Assembly (NCBI GenBank): GCA_964016885.1
Contig: OZ024747.1
Span: 17,422,001-17,486,000, forward strand
DNA length: 64,000 bases
From: Eledone cirrhosa
Lineage: Eukaryota
Direction of reading: 5' to 3'
Shown here: in pieces, positions 41,196-55,429 of the stretch
Layout: each line of letters opens with the position of its first letter
How positions within the stretch are numbered: the stretch's first letter is position 1
The notes under the pieces: model-generated
The model's database searches: none
What the model saw: the letters and a program-made list of their open reading frames with translations, nothing else
Told to the model about the DNA's origin: nothing
Position numbers and translations under genes: made by a program

Positions 41196-44100
41196 ACGTT
41201 TCATGTCTGAACACTGGAATACACATCATCATATCTGATGGAGTTCCAATAATATATAGTAGTAGAGTTATTACCTCAATATCAATCACTACAAACGTTA
41301 GAGAAGCAGACTTGATATCAAGTTCAAAGTCCACTGACAGGTACTCTTCCTTTCATCCATGTAAGGTTCATAAAATTTCTATCAGTAACACGATGAAAGT
41401 AATTATCTCACATATATATATAATTCTACCTTTTCCCACCAATCCCCAATTCTCTCAATCATTATCTTTCTTATCTTGGTTTTATTAATCGATTGAAAGC
41501 ATTGACAATACTTAGTTGCAATGACTTTTTCCCATTCTGATATTTTAACAATCAATATTGATTTTACGTTTGAAGCTTGTCGCAAGTTGTAGAGAATTTA
41601 GAATAGGAACTAACATGCTTTATTCGAAGGCATGTGCCACAACATAATAGAAGTATCTTCTTTTGTTATCAAAGCCTTTGTGATAATATTAGTAAACTAC
41701 AGTCCTATAGTTTTTGCGAGAGGAGCAAAACAAAGGTGATGTTTGATTCGCAGATTTCTGTCAAAGTCATTAATGCTGGGAATAAAGTGAAGTGATTCCA
41801 GTATTGGATTGAAAGCACGTTGGTTTCTTTGTAATCGCCAAAGTACTGTAAAGCATAGAATACTATTAAATATATTTTCCATAACTTATTATTTCACATA
41901 CTCTTTCGCGTTTTCATAAATCCTTTTCCCTCTTTATTTTGCTTATTATACATATATCGTTAGTGTTACGTTTCAGTTTGTTATCGAACTTAATATAATT
42001 TGTTGTGAGATTTTTCCTGCAATGAAATATTCAACATCATTTGTTAATCATTATCTAATTTTTACAACAGCATTCCATTACATTTTTGTTTTCATTTCCT
42101 TTTATCCTGTAACCTCTAACAAATGAAAGGATTGAGTCTGACCTGCTGTCCTGCTGGTCACAGCTTTTAAATGTGTGACTTCCAATAAAAAATATATAAA
42201 ATAAGAATGCTTGATATTCTGGTCTTAAAACATAGCATTAATCATAGAAAGACTAACCGCAGTTAAAAGATGGGATTAGAAATCAATAGAGTCTATTACA
42301 ATGAATTTAGTACACGAGAAGGGGAATATACAGTTTCTAAGTTTGAAAATAGCTTAAAACCCAAACTGAAGTATAATAGAGGTAAAAGTAATTGTCTACA
42401 TTGTTGAAAGTCTACGAATGCAGAGATAGGAAAGCAAATATTTGCGGTACTTATTTTATTGATCTCTAGAAGGATGAGTAGTAAAGCATGATGTAACAGG
42501 ATATGAGATTTTAAAGAATAATATTAAAGGGAAGTAACCAGATAGCGCTATGAATTTAGTTCAACGCATTACCTTTTCTGATAATCATCACACATATTTT
42601 ATATTTTCTAATGAATTCATGTTGTAATTCATAAAATAGCTTTAACTCTGCATGGAATACTTAACAGTGAATTTCTTTACAATGAATTACTAAACAGTAA
42701 ATAGATCAGTAATCTTTTTACAATTTTCCTTTCAAAAACATCATTTTTGATTTGCTTTAAATTAACCTTTTCAACACATAACTAGTTGTAAAAGACTATT
42801 TTTCGGAAGTTTCTATATTTATAGATATACTGAAATGTTAAACTGTTGAATTATATCACAAAATAGATAGCGTTCGATTTAATTGAGATAGTAATTAAGA
42901 TATCTATGTCTGTTCATAATAAAGAAAGACTAAAACGCCCCCGAGAAGTGCAAACTTCCATTCTCTAATTGCAGCTATTTCCATAACTAACGCATGTTAC
43001 ACGCTCACCTTTTAAATAATTTGTGATAAGGAAGATAAAATCTAATAATTAAAAGACAATATATGAAATGATAATTTTAGATTTAAAAAAAAATGTAATC
43101 AAATATGTAATATCCTCAAGTATTAGGTAATAGATATACATTGAAAATAAACTGTTTGGTGTAATTACGTTTATAAAGTGTGGAACATAGAAAATATATT
43201 CGATTGGATCTATGTGGTCTCATGACATTAGAGAAATAGAAACTAGATTTTTCTCAAATCATACCATAGTTTCTTTAAAGAAACTAAAGATAGATTGGAA
43301 AGTGTAACTCTTGATATTACAAAAGACGGTATTATCGCAGATTCAGCGTTATTCCTCATAGATCATATCGTTCAGGACCGACCTGTTACTATTCAAAAAT
43401 ACTCAAAATTTCCTCAATGATATTCTTTGTACTATAAATACCAAACTAATATTGGTGAATATAAATATTACTTTTATTAAATTTTCTAATCCCTGTTATA
43501 TTCTTTCGTTGATACATGGATGGACCTTAAATATCATTTATCAAAACCCTAACTCAAAATGTAATCTAAATCTAAGAAACTTAATGAAACACTACATCAT
43601 TTTTGGCAGATTATTTTCCTGTCCACGTGTTTGATATCCAAGTATAATATACTTATATTCTAGATGACTATTGAATATCTATATAACTTCCTCGGCGTTA
43701 TGTCATTGAGTCATTAATCACAGTCGAGAAATATGTAAATAGGATGGTAAGCATAAATATAAAAACAAAACGCTATTGAGTTTCCTTCAAATTAGAAAAG
43801 AAATACACACTGGATTGAAAGCGTTTCGTTATAACTACGAATATTTGGCCACCCTCCATGATTCTGTATATCTCAAAAAAATAATAACAAAAGTTCATGG
43901 TAACTCCGTGTTTTCATTTTCAATTGTACTGGAGTGAGAGCTGATGATGAAGAAGGAAACTTCTTGTAAACTTTAAACTCTTTCGCATAACATTTATTAA
44001 TTTTTCATTTGAAGTATGAACATCACAACAACTAATTCCATTCAGTAAAACATAGTTGTGTCTAGTCAATATGGAATAATATTACGATTAGTTTGAAGCT

Positions 44101-44663
44101 AAATAATTCATGATGGACGCGTTTCTAAATGTGTATTAATTTGAAATTGTCTACTAAGATTTTAGATGCTTAAAATTTAATGAGTAGACTATTCAATAAA
44201 ATCTATGTAACTTCAAGACTATATATCTGTCTTCTCCGGTAGACGTCTGTTATATTGTCTCCTTCTAATAATGATTTTAATATATTGTGCTTAAATTGTA
44301 CATAATATAATCGATTAGATTAGCGAAATATCGTCAATATTTTCTTTTGCTTTTTCGTTGTGTGTATATAGGGGCTGTGTGTAGAAGTCTTACATTTCAT
44401 ATATTGGATATAATTGATTAAAAGTTTGTAGCTGCACATACAATGTCTCTCGAATATATGTACATATATATACATATATATACATATATAGTACATATAT
44501 ATATACATATACATATATAGTACATATATATATACATATTCACCCACATACATACATGTATGTATGTATTTATGTGTGTATGCATGTATGTATATATGTA
44601 CGTGTATGTTTGAATGTATGTATGTATGTGTATATATGTATGCATACATGTTTGTATATATAT

Positions 44664-44717
<54 letters not shown>

Positions 44718-45380
44718 AGGAAATCATTGGGAAAAATAAACAGATGTATAAACTGATGCTACTTTGAGAATTAGGTCTTCAATTCAATTGATTTTTTAAT
44801 TCAATTTAGTTTATTGTCATTCTATTCAAGAACGACAAAAGAGAAGAGTTTTGAAATACTAACTCAATACGATATATTTCAATTTTGAATACAAACGAAA
44901 GTACATTAGTATTTTATGAGCAATCTGATATTTTGCCTTCTATATAACATTAGATAATATCACAAACATTTCAGCGTGAGTGGGGCTAAAATTGGTTGAG
45001 AAATTAAGAAAGAAATAACTACTGCAACTCTTTCATGGAGCAATTCTACACTCAGACATCTATTGTTGCTTCCGGGTTGTTTGCTGTTTTCTGTTGATGT
45101 TTTTTTTAGCTTCCTTATACAATTAAATTTCGGGTTTTATTCGTCAACAATTTCCATATTCTAATATAAAACTAAGTCAGAGATTGTGAGACATGTTCTT
45201 GGGCCTACACTATCGCAGTTAATAATACTAGATTTATCACTTCTTTTTATCTTATCACTGAATAAAATAATATCACCCATGATGCTTGCACATTCAATTT
45301 ATCACTTTCATGATATTCAGTAATATCAGAAAAACTACTTTATTCTAATATACAAAGAGACTAGCTATTGCCTTGATGCC

Positions 45381-45438
45381 ATGCAATCTAACTAAGCTCA
45401 GTGTATATATATATATACTGAGCTTAGTTAGATTGCAT
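45381..45438. repeat. 22-bp perfect inverted repeat around a (TA)n loop
   Basis: atgcaatctaactaagctcagt / actgagcttagttagattgcat. Confidence 0.9.
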
Positions 45439-45448
45439 TGCACATACA

Positions 45449-45484
<36 letters not shown>

Positions 45485-45540
45485 TATATATATGTATGTA
45501 TGTATATATATAATTTATATAAATAAATAAATATATACAT

Positions 45541-45571
<31 letters not shown>

Positions 45572-46236
45572 CATATATATATGCATATATGTCTATATTC
45601 ATGACCCTGTGTGTGTCTGTGTTTCTGTGTACTTGTGTGTTTGCTGTGTGTCTGCGGCGGTATATATCCTACGCCATTATTAAAATACATTGCTTTGTAT
45701 TAACCCACAAAATTTCCATCATTCCAATTATTCGTAACTACTATCTCTATCCAATTATATTATTACTATTATTATTATCATCATTATCATCATCCTAATC
45801 GTTACACTACACCATCATACCTGCTTACTTATTTTGTCGCGCTACATCTCCTTTTATACTGTTCATCAGTTTTCATTATATAGCACAAACCTAGAATAAG
45901 TCTTTCATGTTTTCAGCCGGAAAATAGTTTATATATTAATGTGCCATCTCGGCTGTATTTATAGAAACGAAGACTTGCGCTATCGAGTAGCAAGTCAGAT
46001 AACATCGGACATACATGCATACAGACGCAAACACATATATTTGTCATGGTCCTAACATATTCCACCCAGTTGGCTGTGGGCACCCTCGTCCAAACGTAAA
46101 CGTATACGAACATTTTATGTTTGTGTGTGTTTGCGTGAGTGTGCTCGTGATTGTGTGTGTGTGTGTGTGCAAGTGTGGGTACATATGTCTGAATATAGAC
46201 ATGTATATATAAACGTATAGATATGCATTTATATAC

Positions 46237-46267
<31 letters not shown>

Positions 46268-46510
46268 TCCTTCCCCCTTTTTTCTAAATGTCTTTCCATC
46301 CCTTCTCTACACACCCTCGGAACTCTCTTCCTACCCAATTTTCTCCCGAAGAAGGGCTTATGCCCGAAACGTAGTTCGGATCTAGCTGTCGAAACGGCCG
46401 TAGCTCAGCCGTAGAGGTCCTGAATCTGTTCATATTACCCACTCTACTACCCCAAGTATGAAGTAGTCTGGTGGGTTATGGTCCACCTGGTATTTTACCA
46501 CACCCCTTCA
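46268..46510 (+). mobile_element. Family F2 element with hammerhead-like motifs and tail
   Basis: ctc CcGAAGA agggcttatgccc GAAA cg TA, then gctgtc GAAA cggc..gccg TA gag; ttaccc ACTC 46441; tail ttatggtccacctggt. Confidence 0.6.
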
Positions 46511-47218
46511 GATATATATATATATATATATATATACGATATTAAACAAATGGAAACTATATTTATAAAACCATATTTATTTCATTATACATATTTCAGG
46601 GATACCATATTAAAAATATGGCATGCCTTCTTCAGATAAAATACAATATATAAGCACTTTTATAAATAAATTTGACGTACCATAAAATATTGAAACTTCT
46701 ATTTAAAAAAGTTGGTTTGGTAGTGAAATGTTTGTAAATATTTAGTGTTAAGTACAGTTAGAAAGAAAGACCGAGAGAAGGAATAAATGTATGTAAAGAA
46801 AAACAGAGAGATAGAGAGAGATATGGGAGAGAGAAATAGTGAGGAGGTGAAAAATGAGAGGCAGCTGAGGTAACAGATGAATAATAATAATTCAACATGC
46901 AAATTGAGAGATTTAGGGGGGGGGAGTACTGTAATTATTTATTTATTTAGTTATTTAGTTATAGTGTTAAGGAGACGGAGATATATAACTAAAGAGAAAA
47001 CAGCGGGTCTCCTAATATATATATATATATATGCTCTGCAGAGCAAACATCACGGACGCTCTATCTCAAAATTATTTTTGAAAAGCATTAGAAATGCGCA
47101 ACCGGTAAAACTTAAAACCAAAACTGAATACTAACCAATACTATTACTAATTCTCACTTATTCCTAATTAAACTATTTTTCACTGTGAACAATTTGTCAG
47201 CATTTTCTATTCCGTTTA

Positions 47219-47267
<49 letters not shown>

Positions 47268-47270
<3 letters not shown>

Positions 47271-47410
47271 GGCTTCCTGATGATTTCTCCCGAATCAAAC
47301 AATTCTCGTCCTGTAGAAGCCATTTCTATATTAAATATTTATACTCTGCTTTGTATTGAGTACCTTTCTGTTAGCATGTGTAGTGTGCGTCTTGATATTA
47401 TACGCAGGTA
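47268..47410 (+). mobile_element. Family F5 element: degenerate hammerhead (47271-47321) plus tail
   Basis: Homologous to 29367-29434; continues ttat ACTC tgc ttt gta TT GAGTAC (47343-47363). Confidence 0.75.
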
Positions 47411-47719
47411 TATATGCATGTAGATATGATATATCAAATAAAATCGTAATTGACAATATACATAGAAATCGAATGAAACTGCGTTACACTGTCTTATGTA
47501 ATCAGTAAGGTAATCCATAACATATTAAAAAAAAGACGATATTATATATAATCTGCATTAGGAGAAATGAATGTTTATTTAAGCGATCGCTAACCGGAAA
47601 TGTTGACATTTGAAAATTTTAAAGAAGTGAATCTTAAAAAATAGCAACAAAATTATTTATATTTAATCAAGAATAACGAAATTTAGTAGATAAATTATGT
47701 AATATTCATTCATTATTTA

Positions 47720-47851
47720 TCCGTCCCTTTACGATCTGAGTTCAAATCCCGCCAAGGTTAACTTTGCCTTTCATCCTTACGAGGTCGATAAAATAAAGTA
47801 CCAGTAATGTACTGGGTAATTGCTGGCCTTGTGCCGAAAGTAGAAACAATT
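47720..47851 (+). mobile_element. 5'-truncated tRNA-derived SINE (23620 family)
   Basis: ctgagttcaaatcccgcc.aggttaactttgcctttcatcc... Confidence 0.85.
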
Positions 47852-47969
47852 TTTTATTCAAAGTTATCCAACTTATTTTACAAACGGGATAAAAAAATAT
47901 ATTCTGTACGCAGTCCCGCACTCCTTACTTTATCATAGTTTAGATTCTATATGTCTTCCTATACAGTTC

Positions 47970-48324
<355 letters not shown>

Positions 48325-48779
48325 CTGACAGTGGGAGAAAGCGAGAATGAGAGAAAGAGAACATACATACATCATCCATAAACACTATTGATGGACCGAC
48401 ATATATATGAATATATTTGTTTTTAGTTTTGTTTTTCTTTTCTTTTTATGATTCATATTTAAATGCTTCACAAAATTTATTGTCTTTCGCTTACATATGG
48501 CTCTTCGTTTGAGTCTAGACCGTTCCATGGGATTCAGAATCTATGAATAACTTAATGTGTGGAAACACTTCTATTCAGGAAATAGGTTTACATGTCTTGT
48601 TTTGTAAACTAGTGTGTGTTTATTCTTTATGAATGTGCGTGCGTACGCCATATGCAGGCGAGATTGTGTATGCATATTCAATCTAGAAAATGCAAATGGA
48701 GAAAGAAAGTTTGGGAATGTTTTACAATTATTCAGTGTGCCAATAATCGAGTGGCTTTAGGGTGTGGATCACCGAAGAA

Positions 48780-49090
48780 TGGATCTCCGTCGACTTCGAC
48801 GATGAGTGATCCAGTTATTCCATGAAATGAACGTGTAAATGGCTGGGCATGTCATAGTCCTTGAGGGTCCTTAACGTAATTCTCAGGAAGATTCAGCGTG
48901 GCATAATCTGTGACAAGGTAGTCGCGTTTCATTGCAGGTACAAATAGTTTCAATCTGCCTATTTTCACTCAGAAGTCTTGGCTCGATGCCAGGCTGTATT
49001 AAATAACATATTACCAAAATACCACACAGAGTGATCGAATCTTGGACCTAAAGATTGCGAAGTGAACTTCCTAAACATTCGACCATGCTG
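48780..49090 (-). mobile_element. tRNA-SINE fragments (second family body, plus a tRNA-like head near 49030-49088)
   Basis: atctccgtcgacttcgacgatgag...gattcagcgtggca..tgtgacaagg, as at 54820-54975. Confidence 0.6.
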
Positions 49091-49504
49091 CGTGTAGTTT
49101 ACCCATGATTAATAGGTACAGATGATTATATATCGGCTTGATACATGAGCGGTATGTTGTTACTCTCTGGTTCACCATAAACATTGTTCCATAATCGTTC
49201 ATTGTACGTTGCCATCTGTTGGGTACTTGGATTCTACAATAGTGCATGGGTTTGATTCCTTGTGTCAGGCATTTAGCAAGGGACTGCTGGATTTATTGCA
49301 ATGTTTCAGACATATTCCATATGTTTAAAGTTTATCAAATATAACAAACACATCACAACAACAATAACTAATATTTTCTATATAAATGATAAACACAACC
49401 ACAAGGATATGGTTCAAACGTGGAAGAGCCGAACTCCCATGGCATCGCCTTCATCACTCTTGTCCTCCCCATCTCTCTGTGTGGTGAGCAAACGGTGTCC
49501 CACG

Positions 49505-49632
49505 TGCTGGCCTCCTCACAGCCCCGGTGGACAGAATGGAGAAGGCGTTTCCCCGGGGGATGGTAAGGGACATGCGCTCGAAGAGCCATTTCATCTCGCG
49601 AGGCTCAAACCTGCGGCTGGCCAGCCAGCGCC
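49505..49632 (-). mobile_element. CRE-clade LINE C-terminal fragment
   Basis: Reverse complement aligns with 55930-56045 (LASRRFEPREMKWLFERMSLTIPRGNAFSILSTGAV). Confidence 0.75.
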
Positions 49633-49889
49633 TATGGTGTCCTGGTGTGCCATTGGCATAGTCATTATGATATTAAATCCAACGGATGGCATTGTAAATA
49701 ATTTGGGCAAGAACGTCATTTCCTACGCATGCAACTGATGGCATGGGTGGTATCTTCCGTATTGTTATGACATAATTGGCCTTATACAAACACACTCACA
49801 CACACAAATTATATTTATATAATATATACATGCGCCTATTATGTATATATGCATGTATGTTCGTATGTTCGTATATATGTATGTGCTAC

Positions 49890-50470
49890 TGGTAACATGT
49901 ATCCCAGTACAACCTGTCTCATGGTAGGGTCGTTGGCGACTAAACTGGCAACCCCACCAAGGTTTCTTGGTGAGGAGGGTGACTTTGGACATTCTGCAGG
50001 ACTAAAAACAAAACCTGTCAAAGGGCAAAGGAGCTCTTAAGAGTCAATGGCCATCCAAAATTACCGGGAGAGATGACCCCTTAGCCTTTGTCAAGGCAGA
50101 ATTCTAGGAGAAGGAAAACTCTGATATAACACCTGCAACCCTGATGGTATCCAATGATGTTGACTTGTTCTTCTTTTTGGTAAATATCATCTTGGTTAAG
50201 AGAGTGGGACTGGCTTTGTGCAGTGCCTTTGCTCACTATAAAAGCTTCACGGCACAGGCATTGCTTTGTATCTGGAGATCTCTCTGCACTTGTCACATGG
50301 TATCATGGGCCCAGCACTATGTGTCAATAATTGTCACAGGTGTAGTGTTTGTACCAGAGTTTTCAAGTCGCTGGCTGGACTTAAAAGTCATAGTCGTTCA
50401 GCGCATCGGTAGGGGTTCTCCTACATGGATATAAAGTAGTAGCCGTACTCGAAAACGAGTTGGCAGCCAC
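49890..50470 (+). mobile_element. GC-richer interspersed repeat, probably RTE-type LINE 5' region
   Basis: Shares motifs with 31100-31200; no intact ORF. Confidence 0.4.
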
Positions 50471-52610
50471 CATGTATGTATGTATATATGTATGCATGTA
50501 TTATGTATTATATTTGTATGTATGCATGTAGGCACTTATCTATGTGCATTTCTGTTAGTTTTCTTTTTGTTTTTTTATTATTTGAACCCTCCTGTAACAA
50601 GAAAATGGGGAGTCTCACCTGTTAAAGTTAGAATATCCTACCTTATTTTTACTGCTCTCTCTCTATATATTGTATGTGTTAGGTGAAAGTTAGTTTGTCG
50701 GTTCTGTTTTCTGAAATCCCTAACGTTTCAACATAAGCATAAATGTGAATTTATAGGGCGAGATCAAACGATGAATGCTACGAAGTAGCTCCCCATAATT
50801 ATTCTATTCCTTGATGATTTGGGAAGAAATATTCATATCGTCAGGTCAACTTACCTCAATGATAGTGTATATGTTTTTTTTCTTTTCTCTGCTGAGTAAT
50901 AATATCATAATTCAGATGTTTTGGTATGAATGTGCCATCAATAAACCTTATGTTGATATGTTTATATATATCCAATAATACGGGTTTATCTATATTTATA
51001 GCAGGACAGAATTTCCCATGGATTTCAATGAATGTTGTTTTAGTAACAGAATCGTTGCATAGCTGATTACCCGTGTGATATCTTCCATTGTGATATCAAA
51101 GTGATATTACATGTAAGTGTGATTTATGTATATACGATACGTAGTAATATACATATGCAATCCTTGAAACGGTGACAGCGGTGGAAGTGTTATGTCTCTA
51201 TAGATCGAGCAAACTTGCAATTAAACATTTCACTAATTTTATTGTGCCAGGAATGCCTATGTAGGTACAATACACTGCCGTTTCACATGTATTTACACTA
51301 ATGCTGGAAGGACTATGATCAAATATGTTCCAGCTTTTACCATTCCATTTCCTTACACATCATTAGCTTCATTCTTCAATGGGACCTACTTTATTTGAGA
51401 TAATAATAAACTTAAATAGATGTGGTATATTTGCTTGTTCTTTCTAGCAGTTCTAGACACTACGTGGTAGTTTTCTCGCTGGCTTGTTCTGTTTTCTCTT
51501 AAAGTGTCTATAGTGGCGAAATACAAAGGGCAAAGCTGCGGCTTTTTACATGTAAAAACTGCATTTAATTTGCAAATCTCGGTTGAGGATAATGACGTCA
51601 TAAATACCCTCGAGATAGACGTATATGTCATAAAATCTTGTATATTTCTCAAATAAAAGCATAATCCCCTTTGTTGCTTTATTACTGTTTCCAAATAACG
51701 GTAAAGCTCGTCAGCTTTCACACTGCTATTGTCGATATTTGTTCTGGTAAATGTCAATTCATACGTCAAATATGCACATAATTCTAATGTCATTTTCAGA
51801 CATAGAAACGTAGGAAATGAAAGCCAGTATTGAATATGGAAAATACACAAATATAAAGAGTGAAAATTATCAGTTGGATACAGATTAAATACAAAAGGCG
51901 TTGATGAAGGTAGGCTTATTTTCTGTTGTTGGCAGTAGATGTTTTGTAGTAAACTATAGAATTATACAACAGACCTTTCCACCATAGAAATATGTTATTA
52001 ATGTTACATATCATATTCACTCTAGATCAACCTTTCCTTGTATAAATCCGGTGTTGCCAAAATACAAGTAAAATAGCGATTTGATACAATCGATATGTCC
52101 CAAACACACGCCTACCGTCTACGTTAAAAAATATTAGAAGTTGTGCATAGTTTTGACGTTTTCTCATCATTATATAAAATAGTTTTTCAATAGTTTTTTT
52201 AAATGTTCTACTCAATAAAGTTTAATTTGTTGCCAGACTCCTGCTTGTTTATACAGTTCAATTTATCAGCGCTGAATACAAATAAGGGAGAGGTCGGTTT
52301 TGCTTTCAAACGTTCGAGTTCGTTAAATAAAGTACCAGTCAAGTATTTGGGTCGATATGTCTATCTTTCCTTCTCACCCTACATCTCTCCCTCTTTAGAA
52401 GACGTAACCAGCAATGCCTATGAAAGTAACAATATATTTTGGCACATATTACAACATATTTGGCCAATAAAATAGGACTTCTGTGTATGTACATTGGAAT
52501 GAGAAATACAGCAGAAGTCTCTTTATTGCAAAAATTCAGGAGACTGTTTTATTTTATGTAGGAAAACTTTGCCTCTTGAGTAGCATAAAATTGATGTCCC
52601 TGCTACTCAC

Positions 52611-52827
52611 GACTTGGCACTGGAGTGTTGACAGCATTTGTTCATTTTTCCAATGATTTGTGGATTGCTATTGTAGTCCTTTAGGAGGAGATCTTGAAAG
52701 TGGTACCCATCAAATAATTCGTGTTTCGTATGGTTCGTTCTGCTTGTACTGCAGAGCTTAATCAACATTTTACCTATTTTTCTGGTGTGTTGCAGTTTTT
52801 TGTTCTCGTGCAGCTGCAATGTTGCGT
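52611..52827 (-). CDS. Possible host coding exon (unidentified protein)
   Basis: Acceptor tttgatttgatgcag|, 217 nt open (ATLQLHENKKLQH...KCCQHSSAKS), donor |gtgagt. No recognisable domain. Confidence 0.3.
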
Positions 52828-53094
52828 CTGCATCAAATCAAACGGTGGTTGGGGGAGAGAATGAGAGACAAATTTTTATTGAGATTTCAAAACGAAAGGG
52901 AGAAATATGTTAAGGAGAATGAAGCGAGACCTTTCGTTGATTATGACGTTTGCAAAGTTATGTTACACATACACACACTTACACAACGTAAATATGTATA
53001 TTTGTGTTGCTACATAAATCCACAATCATATATATACCTTTTCTAATATAAAGGGAAATTAGCAAGTATGTTTTGAAACAGCGAGAGAGTTTGA

Positions 53095-53603
53095 AAATAG
53101 TCTGATTGTTTTGATATGAATACGGGTAAATAAATACAATTGAATTTAATATAAATTAGTTTTATAAATACTACCATTACTTCTCCGCTGGGATAACAAA
53201 CAGTAATATATATGTGTGTAAGTGTTCTTACACTGGATACACAGACACACAATTTCTCTTTATAATAGAAATAGAAGCTTTCACTGTATTTTTACTAAAG
53301 AAATGTTAGCATGGTAGTGGGGTTTAGAACCCTCAAAGAAATGGAAAAAGCGTCAATACTCATATTTTTCCATTTCTTAGAGGGTTCTAACTCCCCTATC
53401 AAGCTAAAATTTCTTTAGTCAAAGATACGGCGAAAGCTTCTATTTCTATTATAAAGGGAAATTGTCTGTGAGAAGACTTACAAACATATATATTACTGTT
53501 TGTTATCCAGCGGAGAAGTAATGGTAGTATTTATAAAACTAAATGATATTAACTTCGATTGTATTTATTTTCCCGTATTCATATAAAAACAAGCAGGCTA
53601 TTT
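53095..53603. repeat. Old ~250-bp imperfect inverted repeat (fold-back element)
   Basis: Arms meet at ~53350-53363 (agaaatggaaaaa / tttttccatttct), with many mismatches and indels. Confidence 0.85.
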
Positions 53604-54779
53604 TGTCCTGAAATAGTCTCTATTTCTCCATTCTATAGAGAAGGACAGAAAAGATGAGAAAGCTGAAGAGAAAGTAATAAAAATGTTATTTCGTAGTAGA
53701 GTTATATAAACATAGATAAAAAGAGAGCAGCATTGAAAAAGAGTATAAATGCCATAAATGACAGGAACAGGGGGGGGGGGGGACAAGGGGTACAAGGACT
53801 AATAGAAAAAGGAAGAAAGAAAGTGCGAAGGTGAGAGGGTTATAGACGCTACATCCATGTTAGAGCTGTGTTTTGACTGCGCCCCTAGGACAAAATAGCA
53901 AAAATATTTCCGCAGATAATGGCCAGCAACAGCCATTTCACATCACGGGGCTGCTATAGATCCTATTTTACGGAGGAGGTCAGCTGCCCAGGGTCCGAGG
54001 ACGCCTGAGATCTAGATGACAACCGGATAAGCTCCGGTATTTGCATGTCTTCCTGTCCTCTGCAATGCAAGCCACCGTACGGGAATTTGACAGTCTATTG
54101 AATCGTACAACCTATCTAAATAGCAATTATTCTATGAAGCCATCGCGGGACTGATGGCAAAGTTGATTGCAGTGTGTTACTTTCGATTCTGGAATAATCC
54201 AGACGAAAAACAGCAAAGCATTTAGTCCGGTGCTTCATCAATTCTGCCATGTACTACACACCCAAAAGTATATATTAGCAATATTCTCTGTTTCATGTAA
54301 TGCCTTATCTCCTCGTTAGTCTTTAAATACCTCTGACTACTAAACACCTACATATACAATATATTATTACCATCCTTAAAGATTCCTTTAAACCGCTCGT
54401 ACTTACTTTGAATAAATAATATATCAGAAACCGAAATTTAGTAGTCATCAATTGATGATAGTATTTCCCGTCTTGTTTTGTTGTACTAGTTATATTATTC
54501 AGCTAAATGACTTGTCATGTGAAGGAATCTAGCTAAAGTGATACAATGTTATATAACAAACTTTTCTTGTGCAAACTAATTATATAATTCGATATGTTTT
54601 AGGGAAAATAGCTGATGTACAAATGCCGATAAAAAGCTCTTTTCACTTGCCTATGAAGTTGTTTATAATTATAATGCCAGCTATAAATCATTCGGTAGCA
54701 ATATCATTACGGAAGTATCTGTCTTTAAGCGGCGTATTTAGGTTACCTTAGATTGGTGAAGCTCAACTACTTGAAATTA

Positions 54780-55026
54780 TACTTGCTGAAAGAACTGAAC
54801 CAGCATTACTTTTGTTGTTGCATCTCCGTCGGTTCCGACGATGAGTGTTCCATTTGTTCCAATCAACGCACTAGACTGTTCCTTAAATCAATGTGCAAGT
54901 GTCCGAGCATTTCACAAAAAGTACACTTATAATGTAATTCTAGGTGAGATTCAGCGTGGCATGAGAGACAAACGTGGCTTATTGAATTATATGTTCAAAG
55001 TGGACTGGAGCAACATGAAGTTTTTT

Positions 55027-55060
<34 letters not shown>

Positions 55061-55065
55061 GATAT

Positions 55066-55111
<46 letters not shown>

Positions 55112-55190
55112 GCTGCTGCTACTACTACTAGTAGTAAAACACTTTGTTTCATGTTGCTCCAGTCTACTTTGAACGTATAATTCAATAAGC
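54780..55190 (-). mobile_element. tRNA-SINE body (54780-55020) with an inverted duplicate of 43 bp (55148-55190) across a (TAC)n tract
   Basis: gcttattgaattatatgttcaaagtggactggagcaacatgaa / ttcatgttgctccagtctactttgaacgtataattcaataagc. Confidence 0.75.
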
Positions 55191-55196
55191 TACTAC

Positions 55197-55246
<50 letters not shown>

Positions 55247-55429
55247 ATACATATAAAAGTGGGTGTGTAGGAGGTTAGTAGAAAGGAGGATGACGTTGGT
55301 GAGGTTTGCAAAATAATGTGGGGAAAGAAATATCTATACAGACAAATATATATATACAATTAAGCATTAAACAAAAATATATTCATAAATGCATCAGCTT
55401 ATTAAAGCAAACTATTTAAAACCTACAAC

